A DNA stretch of 64,000 bases from positions 1,440,001 to 1,504,000 of the forward strand of contig OZ241456.1 of NCBI GenBank assembly GCA_965200875.1. Direction: 5' to 3'. The stretch is from Bdellovibrionales bacterium. GTDB lineage: Bacteria; Bdellovibrionota; Bdellovibrionia; Bdellovibrionales; UBA1609. A program made the position numbers and the translations under genes. Below the pieces are notes generated by a model. The model did no database searches. It worked only from the letters and a program-made list of their open reading frames with translations, and was not told the origin of the DNA. Shown here piece after piece: positions 9,122-19,476 of the stretch (the first letter of the stretch is position 1; each line of letters opens with the position of its first letter).

Positions 9122-10771
9122 TTATTTTTTTCTGGTTCTTTTCCTTATAATCTGCAAACACTCCATTGCCTGTGGCAGGCGCAATAAAGCCCCACCACCA
9201 AAATACAAAACAACTGAAGACACAAGCACAAATATAAGGCATAGCACAGAAGCAAAGTCAGTCGATTCCCTCCCCAGAAAATCTTTTAAAAAATTAACCG
9301 AAACATCAAAAGAAAAACGCAAATACAAAGCCAGCACAATCAACACGGGAAGAGCACACAAAATCTTTTTAAAAGTTTGCAATAAATACAAGCTACCCAC
9401 AAGAAATGGATAACCTCCCATCAAAAGCAACACAAAAAATAAATTAGAGATCACAGTGGCTCCTGTTAAACCCTCTAAACCAAAAAAATGAACCATATAA
9501 GGCGTAAAAAACCAATGAAACAACACATATAAACAAGAGCAAAGAGCCGGATACCATGTATTTTTAACAGCGTAAAAACAAACAGCCAATGCCCTAGAAA
9601 GGGAAGAGCTTATGAGCAAAAAAGAATAAATTTTCAAAACCAAAGCAGTTTTTTCTGCTGTTAAGGTATCAAATCGACCTCTTTGAAATAAAACTTCCAC
9701 AATAGGAAATCCAATATAATAAAAAACTATCGCGCAAGGCAGGATCAAAAACAAAAGTATATCCCTTTGATCCGCCGCAGTCCTTAACATTTGATCTGTT
9801 TTCCCTGTAGCGGAAAAATGGGAAAGGCTGGGCAAAAGTGCTGTACCCAAGCTAATGGCAATTAAAGATCTGGGAAGCTCCAGCAACCGATCCCCATAAT
9901 AAATATAAGTATGAGTCCCCTCCTCCAACAAACCTGAAAAATAAAGATTTAAAAGTCCGATAATGGCAAACCCACCCACGCCCACAATTCCAGGCAGAAA
10001 ACGACTCGCCATGAGCTTGAGATCAGTAGATGAAAAGGAAAATCGTAAATGAGGAAGAAATCCCAGACGAAGCAATAAACCAGCTGTTAAAATTACCTGA
10101 ACCACACCTCCCGCTAAAACTCCCCAACACAAAAGCAAAGGGGGAAAAGCCACAATATCTTTTGGAAAAAAAGAAAACACAATCATAAATACATTTAAAA
10201 ATGCAGGTGCTAAAGCTGGCACAAAAAATCGCCCCAAAGCATTAGCCACACCCATAAAATAAGCATAGAGAATCACAAAAAATAAATATACGAACAACAA
10301 GCGAGCCATCACCACGGCCATTTGTAATTTCCCTTCCACTTCCGCAAAAGGGGTGTTGGCAAACAGAGAGTGCAGTAAAGGATCCATTAGCATAATACCC
10401 AAAGCTGTTAAAACAGACACAACAATCAATAAGATGGTATAGACACTGTTCATAAAGTTTCTGGCTCGCTTTTGAGATTCCTCCTCAGGAAAACCGGAAA
10501 GGCATTGTATAAAAATAGGGATAAAACTAATGGAGAGCGCGCCTTCCCCTAAAAACCTGCGAAAAAAATTAGGTAATCTGAAAGCAACAAAAAAAGCGTC
10601 TGTTTCCGTTCTGCTGAAAAAAGACCCTATTACCATATCTCTGATTAAACCTAACACCCTAGAAACCAAAGTGCCTGCTGACATAAGAAAAGCCAACCAC
10701 ACTACCTTTTGATTACCCTTTTTTAAATCTGTGGACATCAAAACAACCCCAAATTTGTCTGTATATTTCAT
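9122..10771 (-). CDS. murJ: Lipid II flippase MurJ (start 10771 or 10738)
   Basis: SRVLGLIRD, DAFFVAFRLPNFFRRFLGEGA and RLLELP motifs; multiple TM helices. Confidence 0.95.
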   Translation of the reverse strand: MKYTDKFGVVLMSTDLKKGNQKVVWLAFLMSAGTLVSRVLGLIRDMVIGSFFSRTETDAFFVAFRLPNFFRRFLGEGALSISFIPIFIQCLSGFPEEESQKRARNFMNSVYTILLIVVSVLTALGIMLMDPLLHSLFANTPFAEVEGKLQMAVVMARLLFVYLFFVILYAYFMGVANALGRFFVPALAPAFLNVFMIVFSFFPKDIVAFPPLLLCWGVLAGGVVQVILTAGLLLRLGFLPHLRFSFSSTDLKLMASRFLPGIVGVGGFAIIGLLNLYFSGLLEEGTHTYIYYGDRLLELPRSLIAISLGTALLPSLSHFSATGKTDQMLRTAADQRDILLFLILPCAIVFYYIGFPIVEVLFQRGRFDTLTAEKTALVLKIYSFLLISSSLSRALAVCFYAVKNTWYPALCSCLYVLFHWFFTPYMVHFFGLEGLTGATVISNLFFVLLLMGGYPFLVGSLYLLQTFKKILCALPVLIVLALYLRFSFDVSVNFLKDFLGRESTDFASVLCLIFVLVSSVVLYFGGGALLRLPQAMECLQIIRKRTRKK

Positions 10772-10897
10772 CTGTTTGTTCCCACCAACCGCAAAATACA
10801 AAGAACTAAAACTCCTGAACAGCTTGTCAGCTAAAAAAAGTTGTGATATTTTTGCTCGGCTATGGTACTTTTTCTTATATAACAGGAACATAACTAT

Positions 10898-11161
10898 ATG
10901 GCTAATCATAAATCAGCAAGGAAAAGAATCCGCCAGACAATCCGGCGCAAGCAGGTTAATAAACGTGCTCAAAGCAATCTGCGCACTTTGGAAAAAAGTC
11001 TTCGGCAAGCTATTGAACAAAAAGATAAAACCAAAGCAGAGGAACTGTTAAAAAACTTCAACAGGGAAATGGATCGCTCCGTTCATAGAATCGGCATGCA
11101 CAGAAACAAAATCAACAGAAAAAAATCCCAGGTCACTCTCTTGGTAAATAATCTCCATTAA
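10898..11161 (+). CDS. rpsT: 30S ribosomal protein S20
   Basis: MANHKSARKRIRQ...HRNKINRKKS. Confidence 0.97.
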   Translation: MANHKSARKRIRQTIRRKQVNKRAQSNLRTLEKSLRQAIEQKDKTKAEELLKNFNREMDRSVHRIGMHRNKINRKKSQVTLLVNNLH

Positions 11162-11172
11162 AAATGAACCAA

Positions 11173-12111
11173 TCAGCTTTTTATGTTCAAAGTTTCCTTT
11201 AATTGCGACAAAACATGAAGAGCTTTTTCCACACGAGAGCGTAAATCAGCAACAACTACAGGCAATTTTACTTTGTCCAACCTTCCTTCTTCTCTTTCCT
11301 CTGAAAACAATATACCCTTCATCTCTAACAGATTTTGCTCTATCTGCTGAATGAAAAGTGACATGTCCTCAGGAAGAGTGATCCCTTGCATGAGCAGGTG
11401 ATCTTTTAAATTTCTGATTTGTTTATCCCTCTTGCCTATTTCCTGCCTTTGATGATAAAGCTCTTTTTCCACCTTTTCCAAAAACTGTCTGAAATCTCTC
11501 AATAACTCCGGTTTTATATTGATCTCAGAAGGGGAAGCAAACAAAGAGGTTTGAATAGTCTCATCCTCCCAATTAATCTGTATATAATCCCGGATCCATT
11601 TCACTTCAGCTCGAGGTTTATTTGCATAAAGAGGCAGGGATTCCAAAACCGCCCGCAAATACTCTGTCACAAAAGGATATTCCTCAGATGAAAGATTACA
11701 CTTAAAACTGAAAAAACCTGGTTCACTTCTGTCATTTAACAAAGAAAAACCATCGGAAATAAAATAAGACAAAAACACTGGCAAATAAGAAAAAATCGGT
11801 TCTGGTTCCGCTCTCCGCATTTTCAGAACACTGTCCAACTCCCCCCACGCACCAAGTTCAAAGCAGGAATGCCCCACACTGATTAAAAAATCCTGATCTA
11901 CAAAATGCGCGGAATATTCATGAACCAGTTTATTTAAAAAGGATTCCACCTGACTTAAATCCATCCATTGAGACGGATCTTTTAAAAACTCCATTTCCAA
12001 AGAAGTAAGCTCAAACAAGCGGGAAACATCAAATCCCCTTGCTCGTAAAAAACAATAAAAAGAATGGGTAATTTTTCCACTGACTCGCATAATGACACAC
12101 TTTACAGCCAA
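11173..12111 (-). CDS. Hypothetical protein with C-terminal coiled coil
   Basis: 312 aa ORF filling the gap between neighbours; no motif recognised with certainty. Confidence 0.75.
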   Translation of the reverse strand: MAVKCVIMRVSGKITHSFYCFLRARGFDVSRLFELTSLEMEFLKDPSQWMDLSQVESFLNKLVHEYSAHFVDQDFLISVGHSCFELGAWGELDSVLKMRRAEPEPIFSYLPVFLSYFISDGFSLLNDRSEPGFFSFKCNLSSEEYPFVTEYLRAVLESLPLYANKPRAEVKWIRDYIQINWEDETIQTSLFASPSEINIKPELLRDFRQFLEKVEKELYHQRQEIGKRDKQIRNLKDHLLMQGITLPEDMSLFIQQIEQNLLEMKGILFSEEREEGRLDKVKLPVVVADLRSRVEKALHVLSQLKETLNIKS

Positions 12112-12277
12112 AACCCATTTTTTTCCATATTTTTTTAAGTGGCTCTAAAGGTTTGATAATATAAGGATAAAATTTATTCATTTATAAAACCAGACCTTGG
12201 TACTATAAGCTGATATTTTATTTTGTAATTCAATACACATTACCCTCAATTATGATAAAAAATGCTAATATGGTATA

Positions 12278-14512
12278 ATGAATCTATTAAGCATTATTTT
12301 TTTCTTGTTATTGTATACACTGCCCCGCACAGCTTTATACCCAAATTTAATGTCAGCAACTCAGCCCAATCAAATCCTACCGGAATTTTTTTTCGCGGAT
12401 AGTAACAAATGGCCTGATAAAAAGCCAATCTTCCAACAAGTCAACAAGCACAAAAGCCTCAAAGCCTCAGAGCCTCAAAGCAAATACCAACAAGCTCAAA
12501 ATCAACAAACAAACAACAAAAAAATCAGTAATCAGAAAAACCAAAATACCACTTATAAAAATCCAGACTTTTATATCAGAGATTTAATAGCCACAAGGAA
12601 AAATCTTAACTATAAAAATTATTACATTACGGTGTATCAAAAAATTTGCCCTTATATGAAAGCTCTACAATCGATGAATGCAAAAAAACAGATTAGCCCA
12701 CAAAAAAGGGTGAGGTTCATAAGAGAAGTTGTAAAAATCTATGATAAAGTGTTTGATTTTTCAGGCGAGCATTATGTAATGTATTGTGTGTATAATGGTC
12801 ATAAACCCTCTGAATTAAATGAAATTCTAAGCATCAGCCGGACAATTCTTTCCCGTAAAAAACAAAAAAAAATTACGAAAATGCTACAATTATGCCACAA
12901 AGAGAAAAAAGAAGGAAACGGTGATAATCCGAAACATTTAAAACCGAAATTTTCGTGGAAAAATATCCAGCTCCTTCCTTCAAGCAACTATGGCAATCTG
13001 TCCTCTTCCGCCAGACACAATTACATTAAAAATGTAAAAAAAAGTTTTCTCCATTTTGAGTTGGCTGTCAAAGACAAATCTCCTGCTCAAAAGAAAACTG
13101 CGCTTTTATTTCCTTTTTTTTTCATCGCAAAAGCTCAAGCCAACCCTGCAAACCAATGCCTGATAGGGGGTGTGATGAGAGAGAAAACTTATAACGAATA
13201 CCTGAAGAAAGTTATTTGCCCGACCTTTGAAAGAGAGTGTGAAGGACGCCCAGAAACTTTTCAGTGTGGAGCCGTGTTCAACAACAAATGTATTTCTAGG
13301 AAACCAGCAACAAGTATATCAGACAGATGTTATAAAGCTTCAGAAAACATACCAATTAGCTCGCAAGATTACCAACAATATAAATCCTCAGTTGAAGATA
13401 TTGCCCAAGAATTTTGTAGAGGAAAACACAAATTCGGGGGGGGATGTATTAGTTTGATGAACAGATTACAATACATTAATACAACAGCTGGCCAAACCCC
13501 CGCCCCTCCTACTGAGGAAACCAGCTCTCAACCTCAACAATTATCAACGAGTGGCTCGACAACAGATGATCCAGTTCTTTCAGCAGATGCACAAACAGAA
13601 GCCAGTGCAACCTGTATGGATGATTGTCAAAACAATACCAGCTCAGTCCAAGAAGAGGTAGAGGAGTTAAAAGAACTCATACCAACACCAACTGCTGAGT
13701 CTGAACACGAAAGGATGATACAATATTTTACAGATACTGTTTTTGAACACGCTGACTGTGAATGCGAGGGAAATGATGGTTGCAAAAGAGGTTGCAAGCG
13801 TGAAATAAACCAGCCAGATGAATCTCCCCCTGTGCTTACATGTACTGGTTCAAGAAATAAATACACTAGTACTTCAAGTTGTATGCAACATGTAAGAAAT
13901 GCTATTATGAATACAGCTAATAAGTTTTTAACAAGATACTGCGATAAGAAGAACACACCTTCAAATACAAATTCAACGGAGCACGAGCAATGTTACAACG
14001 AGTTGAATGGAGGAGGACCTCCAGAAGGGTATAGTCTGTGCAAACATGGACTTATTTTACACCACGCTTTATGTGCGTTGAATTTAGATGATCCGCAAAA
14101 CACGAGCATTTTTAATGAAAAAATTCAAGACAATCAAACTAAAAGTGACTGTAGGGGATGGAAGAATAATGTAAATAAACAATTACTCTCCATTCCTGTT
14201 GTAAAAAATGACGGTAGCGTCGAGAATATCCCTCTTTTCAAAAAAATACCAAAGGAGCAAAATGAAGTTTTTCAAAATGATCCCAGTCAAATCCCAGAAG
14301 GGGCTATTGTTGTCATGCAAGTTACAGGAAGTCGTTCTGGTCATATAGAAATAAAAACCGGTAAAAACAAATGCGCGGAAAAAGGACCTATCTCTGGAAA
14401 CAAACCTTGTTTTTGTAGTGACTACTGTACAGCAAGAGGGGAAAACTATTCAGGTCATACATTGGAGGCTGTATTTCAATGGAATCCAGAACTGATGGAA
14501 CATATACGATAG
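12278..14512 (+). CDS. Large Cys-rich exported protein with putative C-terminal papain-fold (NlpC/P60/CHAP-like) amidase domain
   Basis: N-terminal hydrophobic signal; SSCMQHVRNAI and PEGAIVV...GHIEIK...SD motifs. The domain call is an inference. Confidence 0.6.
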   Translation: MNLLSIIFFLLLYTLPRTALYPNLMSATQPNQILPEFFFADSNKWPDKKPIFQQVNKHKSLKASEPQSKYQQAQNQQTNNKKISNQKNQNTTYKNPDFYIRDLIATRKNLNYKNYYITVYQKICPYMKALQSMNAKKQISPQKRVRFIREVVKIYDKVFDFSGEHYVMYCVYNGHKPSELNEILSISRTILSRKKQKKITKMLQLCHKEKKEGNGDNPKHLKPKFSWKNIQLLPSSNYGNLSSSARHNYIKNVKKSFLHFELAVKDKSPAQKKTALLFPFFFIAKAQANPANQCLIGGVMREKTYNEYLKKVICPTFERECEGRPETFQCGAVFNNKCISRKPATSISDRCYKASENIPISSQDYQQYKSSVEDIAQEFCRGKHKFGGGCISLMNRLQYINTTAGQTPAPPTEETSSQPQQLSTSGSTTDDPVLSADAQTEASATCMDDCQNNTSSVQEEVEELKELIPTPTAESEHERMIQYFTDTVFEHADCECEGNDGCKRGCKREINQPDESPPVLTCTGSRNKYTSTSSCMQHVRNAIMNTANKFLTRYCDKKNTPSNTNSTEHEQCYNELNGGGPPEGYSLCKHGLILHHALCALNLDDPQNTSIFNEKIQDNQTKSDCRGWKNNVNKQLLSIPVVKNDGSVENIPLFKKIPKEQNEVFQNDPSQIPEGAIVVMQVTGSRSGHIEIKTGKNKCAEKGPISGNKPCFCSDYCTARGENYSGHTLEAVFQWNPELMEHIR

Positions 14513-14586
14513 AAACTTTATCAAAAAAAATCAGGACCCCGATATTTGACTCTTCAAAAAAAACATCAATATAAAGAGAATAACTT

Positions 14587-15321
14587 ATGGATAAAAAAAA
14601 TAGAAAATCACAACAACATAGTAATCATTTGGATTTAGATCTGTTGAATTTTGTCAGCCATGAGTTAAAAACCCCTCTTTCCACTCTTAAATTAAATGTG
14701 GAAGTATTAAAGTCCTCTGTGTCGCATAAGGAAAAAAGACTTATAGAAATCATGGACGAAGAAGTGGAATGGATGATCCAGTTTATCTCTGACACTTTAG
14801 AACTGAGAAAAATCAGCAGTAATAAAGCTGTTTTAAAAGTAAACCGGCACAAATGGGGCGTGTGGTTTCAGACGATTCAAAACAGTATGGAAAAAAAAGC
14901 AACACTTTTTGGAAGAACATTAAAAATTAAGCCAGCAAAGCTGGAAACAGAAGTGTATATGGATACTTTTTATATAAAACAAGCTTTGTCAAACTTGATA
15001 ATGAACGCCGTAAATTATTCTCCTAAGGGAGGCACAATAGAAGTTTCTTGGGAGCAACAAGAGGCAGAGCACTTGCAGGTACGAGTGGAGGATGAGGGAC
15101 CAGGTATTAATCTAAAAGATAAAGAAAAAATATTTGAAGCTTTTTATAAAGACAGAGAATATTTAAATCAAACCATCAAAGCCAGTGGTTTGGGGTTGGC
15201 TATTGTAAAAAAAATTATTCAAGCTCATGGAGGGGAAGTTTCTGCCGATAATCGTCCAAATCAAAAAGGAGCTGTTTTTGTGTTCACTCTTCCTCGAATC
15301 AAAACAGAACCCGAAAACTAG
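14587..15321 (+). CDS. Sensor-less histidine kinase (HisKA + HATPase_c)
   Basis: VSHELKTPL H-box; NLIMNAVNY N-box; DEGPGI and GLGLAI G-boxes. Confidence 0.92.
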   Translation: MDKKNRKSQQHSNHLDLDLLNFVSHELKTPLSTLKLNVEVLKSSVSHKEKRLIEIMDEEVEWMIQFISDTLELRKISSNKAVLKVNRHKWGVWFQTIQNSMEKKATLFGRTLKIKPAKLETEVYMDTFYIKQALSNLIMNAVNYSPKGGTIEVSWEQQEAEHLQVRVEDEGPGINLKDKEKIFEAFYKDREYLNQTIKASGLGLAIVKKIIQAHGGEVSADNRPNQKGAVFVFTLPRIKTEPEN

Positions 15322-15332
15322 GAGGGGTAATT

Positions 15333-16703
15333 ATGAAAACAACTTATTTGAAAAACATTCTTAAAGAAGATCAAATCAGCACAAAGCCGGATATGTTACA
15401 AAAATACGGAAAGGACTGGCTGGATCTTTACACACCCTCGCCCTCTATGGTGCTTTTCCCTGAATCCCATAAAAATGTGCAAGACATTGTCAAGTGGGCT
15501 GTAAAGTCTCATATTTCCTTGGTGGCCTCTGGAGGACGCACAGGGCTTAGTGGATCAGCTGTAGCTCAAAACCAAGAAGTGATATTGTCGTTTGAGCGTA
15601 TGAACCAAATTTTGGCATTTAATGAAATAGAACAAACTTTAACAGTACAACCGGGAGTTATCACCAAAACTGTTCAAGAACAAGCTGAAAAAAAGTCGCT
15701 TTATTTTCCTCTTTCTTTTGCTTCTGAAGGCTCAAGTCAAATCGGAGGCAATGTAGCCACCAATGCGGGAGGTGTCCATGTTATACGCTATGGTTCTCTT
15801 GGAAAATGGATTACAGGCGCGAAAGTTATTACAGGAGAAGGAAAAGCCCTGGCCTTAGGGCGCGGACTGATTAAAAACACAGCTGGCTACAACCTTCTTA
15901 ACCTTTTCATCGGTTCGGAAGGCACTTTGGGTTTGATAACGGAAATCACCTTGCAACTTACAAAAAAACCGGAACCGCCGTGTGTATTTTTATTTTCTAT
16001 TGCAGAACTAAATTCGTTAATGAAACTCTATTACTTGTTTAAATCCCAAATCTCTTTAAGAGCTTTTGAAATGTTTACCAATTTGGCTGTGGAGTACACG
16101 CAAAAAAATTCCTCGTATCCTTTCCCTTTACAAGAAAAGAGCATGTACTATGCGTTGATTGAATGTGACCAAAGTGACCAAGAAAAAGCACTTTCTCTCT
16201 TTGAATCTGCTTTAAAAAGTGGCTATGTTATGGATGGAGTTGTCAGTGAAAATTCCCGCCAGGTCAAGGAGCTTTGGGCCATCCGAGAAAATATCAGTGA
16301 ATCTCTTTCACCCCACTTTCCTTATAAAAATGATATATCAGTTCGTATTTCTAGCCTGCCGGATTTTTTATCTGAAATGAACAAAACCTTAAATGAGGAA
16401 TATCCTGATTTCAAAGTGGTGTGGTTTGGTCATATAGGAGATGGAAATCTGCATATTAATATTTTAAAACCGCAAAAAATGAAAAAAGATTTATTTATAA
16501 AAAAATGCGAAAAAGTAAATGATATTTTATTCTCCCTTATAAAAAAATACAGAGGATCCATTTCCGCTGAACATGGGGTGGGACTTTTAAAAAAGCCATA
16601 TCTGTTTTACTCCTGTTCCGAGGATGAATTGATGTACATGAAAGCCCTAAAAAAGATTTTTGATCCAAAGGGAATCTTGAATCCAGGGAAAATATTTGAT
16701 TAA
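15333..16703 (+). CDS. FAD-binding oxidoreductase (D-2-hydroxyacid dehydrogenase/GlcD-like family)
   Basis: GGRTGLSG, IGGNVATNAGG, GSEGTLG, GHIGDGNLH, SAEHGVG and DPKGILNPGK motifs. Confidence 0.92.
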   Translation: MKTTYLKNILKEDQISTKPDMLQKYGKDWLDLYTPSPSMVLFPESHKNVQDIVKWAVKSHISLVASGGRTGLSGSAVAQNQEVILSFERMNQILAFNEIEQTLTVQPGVITKTVQEQAEKKSLYFPLSFASEGSSQIGGNVATNAGGVHVIRYGSLGKWITGAKVITGEGKALALGRGLIKNTAGYNLLNLFIGSEGTLGLITEITLQLTKKPEPPCVFLFSIAELNSLMKLYYLFKSQISLRAFEMFTNLAVEYTQKNSSYPFPLQEKSMYYALIECDQSDQEKALSLFESALKSGYVMDGVVSENSRQVKELWAIRENISESLSPHFPYKNDISVRISSLPDFLSEMNKTLNEEYPDFKVVWFGHIGDGNLHINILKPQKMKKDLFIKKCEKVNDILFSLIKKYRGSISAEHGVGLLKKPYLFYSCSEDELMYMKALKKIFDPKGILNPGKIFD

Positions 16704-16741
16704 ACAGTTATTCTTATCAGTCAGGAAGATTATCTTGTGGG

Positions 16742-18109
16742 TTAAGGAACTTTTTTGATAATAAAACTTTCCCATTCTTTTAACTGAGTTTTCTTCATAC
16801 GAGCGTGGCATAAGATTCCAAATGAGCTAACTTCTTTTTTGTAAATAAAAGCTTTTCGATCCAAAGAATAAATTTTATCTTCTTCGTTCTTGGAGAAATA
16901 AAGTTGCACTTCTTCCGTTTGCATTTTGGAAAGCATTTCTGATATGTTTTTTTTTAATTTATCCAAGCCAGTTCTTTTTAAAGCACTAATGAAAACTTTT
17001 GGGTAGGCATTAGTTTGAAAAATTTTTTCTTTTGGTGCTATATCCATTTTGTTATACACATGGATAAGGGGTTTTTGCTCCCAGCCAAACTCAAGTATGA
17101 GCTTATTAACAGTATCCAGTTGTACTTTCATTAAAGGGCTGGACAGATCAATAATATGAAGCAACATATCCGCAGTAGCGGATTCTTCCAATGTGGCTTT
17201 AAAAGCCTCTATCAGATGAGGTGAAAGATTTTGAATAAATCCCACTGTGTCAGTGATGAGTGCGTTTTGTGAATGATTAATGTGCACCTTTCTGGTGGTG
17301 GGATCCAAAGTCATAAATGGAAGATTTTTTACCATAACAGAAGAGCTGTTGGTTAGGGCGTTAAGAAGGGCACTTTTTCCTGAATTGGTATATCCTATAA
17401 GAGCAATTACAGGAATTTTGTTTTTTTTTCTAAGAATGCGATGTTCTTTTCTGACTTTGCAAATTTTTTCAAGCTTCTTCTGAATTTTTCTGGTGCGGAT
17501 CTGGACTTGTCGCCGATCTTTTTCAATAGCTTTTTCTCCTGGTCCTTTTGTGCCAATTCCTCCACCTTGTCTGGAAAGGGAAGACATCCAGGCTCCCACC
17601 ATTCTGGGTAGTTCATCCAGCGTGCGAGCAAGCTCCACTTGCAGTTTCCCTTCATAGGTACGTGCCCTTTGTGCAAAGATTTCTAGGATCAGCTGATTGC
17701 GATCTATCACCATAACTCTCAACTCTTTTTCTAGGTTGCGAATCTGCACACCAGAAAGAGAACAATTAAAAACAATCAGCTGATAGTCAACGGGTTTTAC
17801 CTTCTTTTGATTTGTAATATCCTCTTTTGATTCTAAGTGAGTATCTTCCAGCTGGGTGAGTTTTGGAAAGTCACCGAACCAACCAGTTTGGTTTAATTTT
17901 TTTAATTCCTGCACTTTACCAGACCCGATTAAAGTTGCCGGGTGTGATTTTTTAAGAACCTGATATGCTAGGCCCTTATATTGCAAGCCTGCCGCTCGTC
18001 CCAGCTCTTTAAATTCTTCCACTTGAGCTATGGCCAAAGGATTGGCATAGGGATGGTGAATTACAAAGAACAGAGCTTTTTTATTTCGTATTAAAGATTT
18101 ATCTGACAT
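16742..18109 (-). CDS. hflX: Ribosome-splitting GTPase HflX
   Basis: ILEIFAQRA, GKLQVELA, GYTNSGKS, TLDPTTR, DTVGFI and NKMD motifs. Confidence 0.95.
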   Translation of the reverse strand: MSDKSLIRNKKALFFVIHHPYANPLAIAQVEEFKELGRAAGLQYKGLAYQVLKKSHPATLIGSGKVQELKKLNQTGWFGDFPKLTQLEDTHLESKEDITNQKKVKPVDYQLIVFNCSLSGVQIRNLEKELRVMVIDRNQLILEIFAQRARTYEGKLQVELARTLDELPRMVGAWMSSLSRQGGGIGTKGPGEKAIEKDRRQVQIRTRKIQKKLEKICKVRKEHRILRKKNKIPVIALIGYTNSGKSALLNALTNSSSVMVKNLPFMTLDPTTRKVHINHSQNALITDTVGFIQNLSPHLIEAFKATLEESATADMLLHIIDLSSPLMKVQLDTVNKLILEFGWEQKPLIHVYNKMDIAPKEKIFQTNAYPKVFISALKRTGLDKLKKNISEMLSKMQTEEVQLYFSKNEEDKIYSLDRKAFIYKKEVSSFGILCHARMKKTQLKEWESFIIKKVP

Positions 18110-18161
18110 TTTTTGAAAAAAAGTATAAACGATAACAGTTTATATTGAAACAAAAAGTTTA

Positions 18162-18638
18162 TTAAATAAACTGGCTTCTTCTTTCAAGTCGCCATTTTCG
18201 GCGTAGTTTGGCTTGTTCAAAGTGTTTCTTTTCCTCTTCTGTTTGCAGAAACAGAGGAGGTACAGGAGTGGGTTTGTGTCTCTCATTCAAGGCCACAAAA
18301 GTCAGGTAAGCAGTGGCGGTATGACGAATATCGCCTGTGACTATATTTTCTGCCGTTACTTTTACTCCCACTTCCATAGAGGTTTTGTGGGTATAATTCA
18401 CTTGGGCCGTCAAGGTAACTACATCCCCTTTATGAACGGGAGCCAGAAAATGCACATCATCAATACTGGCCGTGACCACATTCTTGGAACAATATCTGCT
18501 GGCGGATATAGAGGCTGATATGTCAATCCAAGACATAATAACACCTCCAAATGCAGTACCCAGAGCGTTCATGTGGTTGGGTAAAATCAACTCTGTCATT
18601 TGTACAAAAGAGCGGGAAGGAGAAACAGATTTTTCCAT
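18162..18638 (-). CDS. Acyl-CoA thioesterase (hotdog fold)
   Basis: NALGTAFGG, VVTASID, TSMEVGV and AYLTFVA motifs. Confidence 0.92.
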   Translation of the reverse strand: MEKSVSPSRSFVQMTELILPNHMNALGTAFGGVIMSWIDISASISASRYCSKNVVTASIDDVHFLAPVHKGDVVTLTAQVNYTHKTSMEVGVKVTAENIVTGDIRHTATAYLTFVALNERHKPTPVPPLFLQTEEEKKHFEQAKLRRKWRLERRSQFI

Positions 18639-18755
18639 AATGTTATTTTACAGTTTGTTGTTTTTTTTACAATAAAAGAAAAATGGTTGTCATACTAGGA
18701 AAACAGATTCACTGGTATAAAGTTTATCTTCACTTAGTTCGATAAAAACCAAACT

Positions 18756-19139
18756 TTACAGATTGTCTGTTACCGTGGAATTTCCAACAGGTATGGAATG
18801 TTCTTCCCCCTGTGTGGAAGGTCCTTCTGAATCACTTTGTGAATTGTGATTTATATCTATATCTTTTGCGTGTTCTATAAATTGCGCCATAGGAAGAGTC
18901 CAGATAATCTGCGAACGGCGAGAGATTTTCATTCGCTTATATACATTGGTCAGGTGAAATTTGACTGTCTTCTCAGCGACACATAGCTGATCAGCTACCT
19001 GTTTGTTGGTAAGACCCTGAACAACCAGAATGACGACCTCGGATTCTCGCTTTGAGAGGCCACGATCCTGTAAATAAGTTTTCATGTGTTTTACTACTGT
19101 TGGTGAGGAAAATAAAAAATCCCTTTCATTGTTGAGCAT
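18756..19139 (-). CDS. LuxR-family HTH transcriptional regulator (stand-alone)
   Basis: LSKRESEV...GLTNKQVADQLCVAEKTVKFHLTNVYKRM; SD GAAGGAGG. Confidence 0.92.
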   Translation of the reverse strand: MLNNERDFLFSSPTVVKHMKTYLQDRGLSKRESEVVILVVQGLTNKQVADQLCVAEKTVKFHLTNVYKRMKISRRSQIIWTLPMAQFIEHAKDIDINHNSQSDSEGPSTQGEEHSIPVGNSTVTDNL

Positions 19140-19423
19140 CCTTGCCCCTCCTTCGTAAAGATTATCACTAAAAATAGTTTATACAGTCTTGTTCTGATAC
19201 GGCAAGAATTAAAAACAGAAACTGGACTTAAAGGAAATATTTTATGTAATTTCAATATCTTACATTATTTAACGCGGTGCTTATATTTTCAGTAGATACT
19301 AAAAAAATGGCAATTATCTGTATTTAAAAATACTCCAAACAGATTATATTGGATATTATTTCTCATTATCGCCTCCTTTCTTTGGCTTGATGAACCTCTC
19401 AGCTAAGCGGTAAAAAAAGCTAC

Positions 19424-19468
19424 TAACGCACTCTGATTACTTGATTTTTTTATAAACAGTTCGGAAAA
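19424..19468 (-). repeat. Dispersed intergenic repeat, copy C
   Basis: Reverse complement ttttccgaactgtttataaaaaaatcaagtaatcagagtgcgtta is close to copy B. Confidence 0.8.
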
Positions 19469-19476
19469 TAAGAGAC

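Noticed and set aside
14587..15321. Sensor-less orphan histidine kinase as a novelty
   Set aside because: Such kinases are common, and nothing in the context marks this one as unusual.
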